From a virus (taxonomy: Duplodnaviria; Caudoviricetes): DNA of 64,000 nt. The notes under the pieces are model-generated. The model made no database searches. It was not told the origin of the DNA and saw only the letters and a list, made by a program, of their open reading frames with translations. The stretch covers positions 26,916-90,915 of the IMG/VR virus record IMGVR_UViG_3300032245_000902. One strand, 5' to 3'. Below, piece by piece: positions 63,762 through 64,000 of this stretch. The position numbers were made by a program, and so were the translations under genes. Within the stretch, counting starts at the first letter, position 1; every line of letters begins with the position of its first letter.

Positions 63762-63778
63762 CTCGCTTAATTAAGGAG
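63762..63778 (+). promoter_or_regulatory. ROSE-like RNA thermometer hairpin occluding the hsp20 SD
   Basis: CUCGCUU pairs with AAGGAG leaving a bulged G, which matches the U(U/C)GCU ROSE motif. Confidence 0.6.
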
Positions 63779-63784
63779 AAATCT

Positions 63785-64000
63785 ATGACAAGCACAAATC
63801 TATTATTCCCACAATGGGCTTCACTATCCAAATCTTTGGATCCTTTCTCGGTCGGTTTCGATGATGTATTAGACCAAATCCGTGATATCTCAGAAACAGT
63901 ATCTAAAGCATCACCTGGTTATCCTCCATACAATATCAAACAAGTAAAAGAAAACAAGTATGTCATTGAAATGGCAGTTGCTGGTTTTGCTAAAACTGAT
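63785..64000 (+). CDS. hsp20: Small heat-shock protein Hsp20/IbpA-like, 3' truncated
   Basis: MTSTNLLFPQW..'SVGFDD..GYPPYNI..NKYVIEMAVAGF.K.D'; AAGGAG SD. Confidence 0.92.
   Translation, partial: MTSTNLLFPQWASLSKSLDPFSVGFDDVLDQIRDISETVSKASPGYPPYNIKQVKENKYVIEMAVAGFAKTD

Overview
This window is a contiguous 64 kb piece of an AT-rich T4-like myovirus genome, almost all encoded on the + strand. In order it carries baseplate genes (gp27-like, a split gp5, gp25, gp6, gp7, gp8, VrlC-like) and a large mosaic set of fibre genes. Next come a 2OG-Fe(II) oxygenase/methyltransferase/glycosyltransferase cassette beside two collagen-like fibres, then neck, terminase, tail and head genes (gp13-gp23, gp3). 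The last block holds uvsY, uvsW, gp55, gp47, gp46, an accessory insert (peptide deformylase, DUF4338/DruA-like protein, HTH protein, glycosyltransferase, dATP/dGTP diphosphohydrolase), gp45, gp44, gp62, regA, a reverse-strand phoH and the start of hsp20. T4-type late promoter boxes precede structural genes, and sigma70 promoters lie in the replication block. The best candidates for new biology are a phage collagen-fibre modification system, a repeated C-terminal DGGxF motif across fibre proteins, a structured RNA with a ROSE-like thermometer upstream of hsp20, a possible DNA-modification or anti-defence insert, and an antisense promoter upstream of gp55. All calls come from motif recognition and gene order; no database searches were run. 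No tRNA, CRISPR array, integrase or reverse transcriptase was seen.
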